A stretch of DNA of 298 bases, from the NCBI RefSeq assembly GCF_003334305.1, contig NZ_QOWS01000086.1; one strand, written 5' to 3'. The stretch is from Escherichia coli. Its GTDB lineage: Bacteria; Pseudomonadota; Gammaproteobacteria; Enterobacterales; Enterobacteriaceae. How positions within the stretch are numbered: position 1 is the stretch's first letter; the number at the start of each line of letters is the position of its first letter. Positions 1-298 of this stretch are shown here, in pieces. Position numbers and translations under genes: made by a program. Below the pieces are notes generated by a model. The model was not told the DNA's origin and did not search any database. It worked only from the letters and a program-made list of their open reading frames with translations.

Positions 1-1
1 T

Positions 2-77
2 TGGTGGGTCGTGCAGGATTCGAACCTGCGACCAATTGATTAAAAGTCAACTGCTCTACCAACTGAGCTAACGACCC
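2..77 (-). tRNA. lysZ: tRNA-Lys (anticodon UUU), complete, 76 nt including genomically encoded CCA
   Basis: Seen in sequence: the reverse complement of 2-77 reads GGGTCGTTAGCTCAGTTGGTAGAGCAGTTGACTTTTAATCAATTGGTCGCAGGTTCGAATCCTGCACGACCCACCA. It folds as a canonical cloverleaf: acceptor stem GGGTCGT/ACGACCC, D-stem GCTC/GAGC, anticodon stem GTTGA/TCAAT (one G-U pair), 7-nt anticodon loop CTTTTAA with anticodon TTT (plus-strand 42-44 = aaa), 5-nt variable loop, T-stem GCAGG/CCTGC with T-loop TTCGAAT, discriminator A, then CCA. Established knowledge: this matches the E. coli-type tRNA-Lys(UUU) as I remember it. The paralog symbol is tentative: lysZ is the downstream gene if the 146-bp spacer is the lysY-lysZ interval of E. 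coli K-12, which I recall but cannot verify; all paralogs share one sequence, so the name depends only on genomic position. Confidence 0.96.
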
Positions 78-111
78 ATACGGGTGTTACCTGAAAGATT
101 TCTACTCGGGG

Positions 112-128
112 CCAATCTTTAAGATTGG
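112..128. repeat. Perfect 7-bp inverted repeat (ccaatct / agattgg) with 3-nt loop, overlapping the CCA of the tRNA-like fragment
   Basis: Seen in sequence: 112-118 ccaatct pairs with 122-128 agattgg, loop 119-121 tta. In the transcript it is CCAAUCU-UAA-AGAUUGG, whose first three nucleotides are the CCA of the pseudo 3' end. A second copy of aaagatt at 94-100 can pair with aatcttt at 114-120, giving a mutually exclusive alternative stem. Confidence 0.35.
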
Positions 129-143
129 TGTGTCGTGCAGGAT
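124..143 (-). repeat. tRNA-Lys 3'-end-like fragment (degenerate partial copy of T-stem 3' strand + acceptor 3' strand + CCA) inside the spacer
   Basis: Seen in sequence: 124-143 attggtgtgtcgtgcaggat versus 222-241 attggtgggtcgtgcaggat, 19/20 identical with a single t/g difference at 131. Similarity is lost beyond 144: gactcgc versus tcgaacc in the real gene. On the transcribed strand it reads ATCCTGCACGACACACCAAT, against ATCCTGCACGACCCACCAAT at the real 3' end. No intact cloverleaf can be built around it, so it is not a functional tRNA. Confidence 0.6.
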
Positions 144-168
144 GACTCGCTTCGCTTGCCCTACGGGC

Positions 169-184
169 CGTTGCTGGCGCAACG
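169..184. repeat. GC-rich 6-bp inverted repeat (cgttgc / gcaacg) with 4-nt loop
   Basis: Seen in sequence: 169-174 cgttgc pairs with 179-184 gcaacg, loop 175-178 tggc. No U-tract follows on either strand, so it is not an intrinsic terminator. Confidence 0.35.
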
Positions 185-197
185 TTATCCTTCACGC

Positions 198-220
198 TTA
201 ACATCTGAGTTTGATGTTAA
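198..220. repeat. Perfect 8-bp inverted repeat (ttaacatc / gatgttaa) with 7-nt loop, AU-rich, beginning 4 nt after the CCA end of the upstream tRNA in transcript orientation
   Basis: Seen in sequence: 198-205 ttaacatc is the exact reverse complement of 213-220 gatgttaa, with loop 206-212 tgagttt. In the minus-strand transcript this is UUAACAUC-AAACUCA-GAUGUUAA, 3 nt after the CCA of the 224-298 tRNA. Function is not determinable from sequence. Confidence 0.4.
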
Positions 221-223
221 AAT

Positions 224-298
224 TGGTGGGTCGTGCAGGATTCGAACCTGCGACCAATTGATTAAAAGTCAACTGCTCTACCAACTGAGCTAACGACC
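224..298 (-). tRNA. lysY: tRNA-Lys (anticodon UUU), 75 of 76 nt present; 5'-terminal G truncated by window edge
   Basis: Seen in sequence: 223-298 is identical base for base to 1-76, so 224-298 is the same tRNA from the encoded CCA (224-226, tgg on plus) through tRNA nucleotide 2. Nucleotide 1 would lie at position 299, outside the window. Anticodon at 264-266 (aaa on plus = UUU). The paralog symbol is tentative, as for the first copy: this is the upstream gene of the pair in the transcribed orientation. Confidence 0.94.

Noticed and set aside
78-110. Possible internal promoter driving the downstream tRNA (minus strand, upstream of position 77).
   Set aside because: I could not find a convincing -35/-10 pair with 16-18 bp spacing on the minus strand; the nearest candidates such as TAACAC are poor matches to TATAAT. 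Co-transcription with the upstream tRNA is the simpler model.
124-143. The tRNA-like fragment as a remnant of a valine tRNA, as might be expected from the alternating Lys-Val organisation of the lysT-type cluster.
   Set aside because: The fragment matches the Lys 3' end at 19/20, whereas the tRNA-Val 3' end as I recall it (…CCCGTCATCACCCACCA) differs at several positions. It is Lys-derived.
148-199. Short direct repeats of cgctt (148-152, 153-157, 195-199).
   Set aside because: A 5-mer occurring three times in 146 bp is within chance expectation, and there is no higher-order periodicity.
142-201. Plus-strand ORF ATG(142)...TAA(199-201), 19 codons, antisense to the tRNA operon.
   Set aside because: It is very short. 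The only AGGA lies directly against the ATG with no spacing, and it is antisense to a highly transcribed tRNA locus. I judge it a chance ORF.
40-204. Minus-strand open reading frame: ATG at 204-202 running 53 sense codons to a TAA at 42-40, co-directional with the tRNAs and reading through the spacer into the 5' half of the downstream tRNA, where the anticodon-loop nucleotides U36-A37-A38 supply the stop.
   Set aside because: There is no Shine-Dalgarno-like sequence upstream of the ATG, which sits inside the 8-bp hairpin. The frame overlaps a tRNA gene. A stop-free run of about 54 codons is not rare by chance across six frames (roughly 0.95^54 per frame). Ribosome profiling or a conserved homolog would be needed to revive it.
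112-220. Rho-independent terminator at any of the three hairpins, on either strand.
   Set aside because: None of the stems is followed by a U/T tract on either strand. The 8-bp and 7-bp stems are AU-rich and weak; the GC-rich stem is only 6 bp.
78-223. Window as a genomic-island or prophage junction, with the tRNA 3' end acting as an attachment site.
   Set aside because: Both flanking tRNAs are intact and the entire intervening sequence is only 146 bp. No integrase, direct-repeat pair flanking foreign DNA, or compositional shift is visible within the window.
1-298. CRISPR-like architecture: identical 76-bp direct repeats separated by a unique 146-bp spacer.
   Set aside because: The repeat is a complete canonical tRNA-Lys cloverleaf, there are only two copies, and the repeat and spacer lengths are far outside CRISPR norms. 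This is a tandem tRNA array.

Overview
The window is two identical lysine tRNA genes (anticodon UUU) on the minus strand, separated by a 146-bp non-coding spacer; I see no novel system here. The first copy (2-77) is complete with an encoded 3' CCA. The second (224-298) lacks only its 5'-most nucleotide, cut off by the window edge. The tRNA sequence matches, from memory, the E. coli-type tRNA-Lys of the enterobacterial lysT-valT-lysW-valZ-lysY-lysZ-lysQ cluster, and the 146-bp spacer fits my recollection of the lysY-lysZ interval; neither can be verified without a search. The spacer holds a 20-nt near-perfect copy of the tRNA 3' end (19/20 identical) and three perfect inverted repeats that could fold in the precursor transcript. 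There is no credible protein-coding gene, CRISPR array, mobile element or terminator. The observations below are small-scale features of an ordinary tRNA operon interval.
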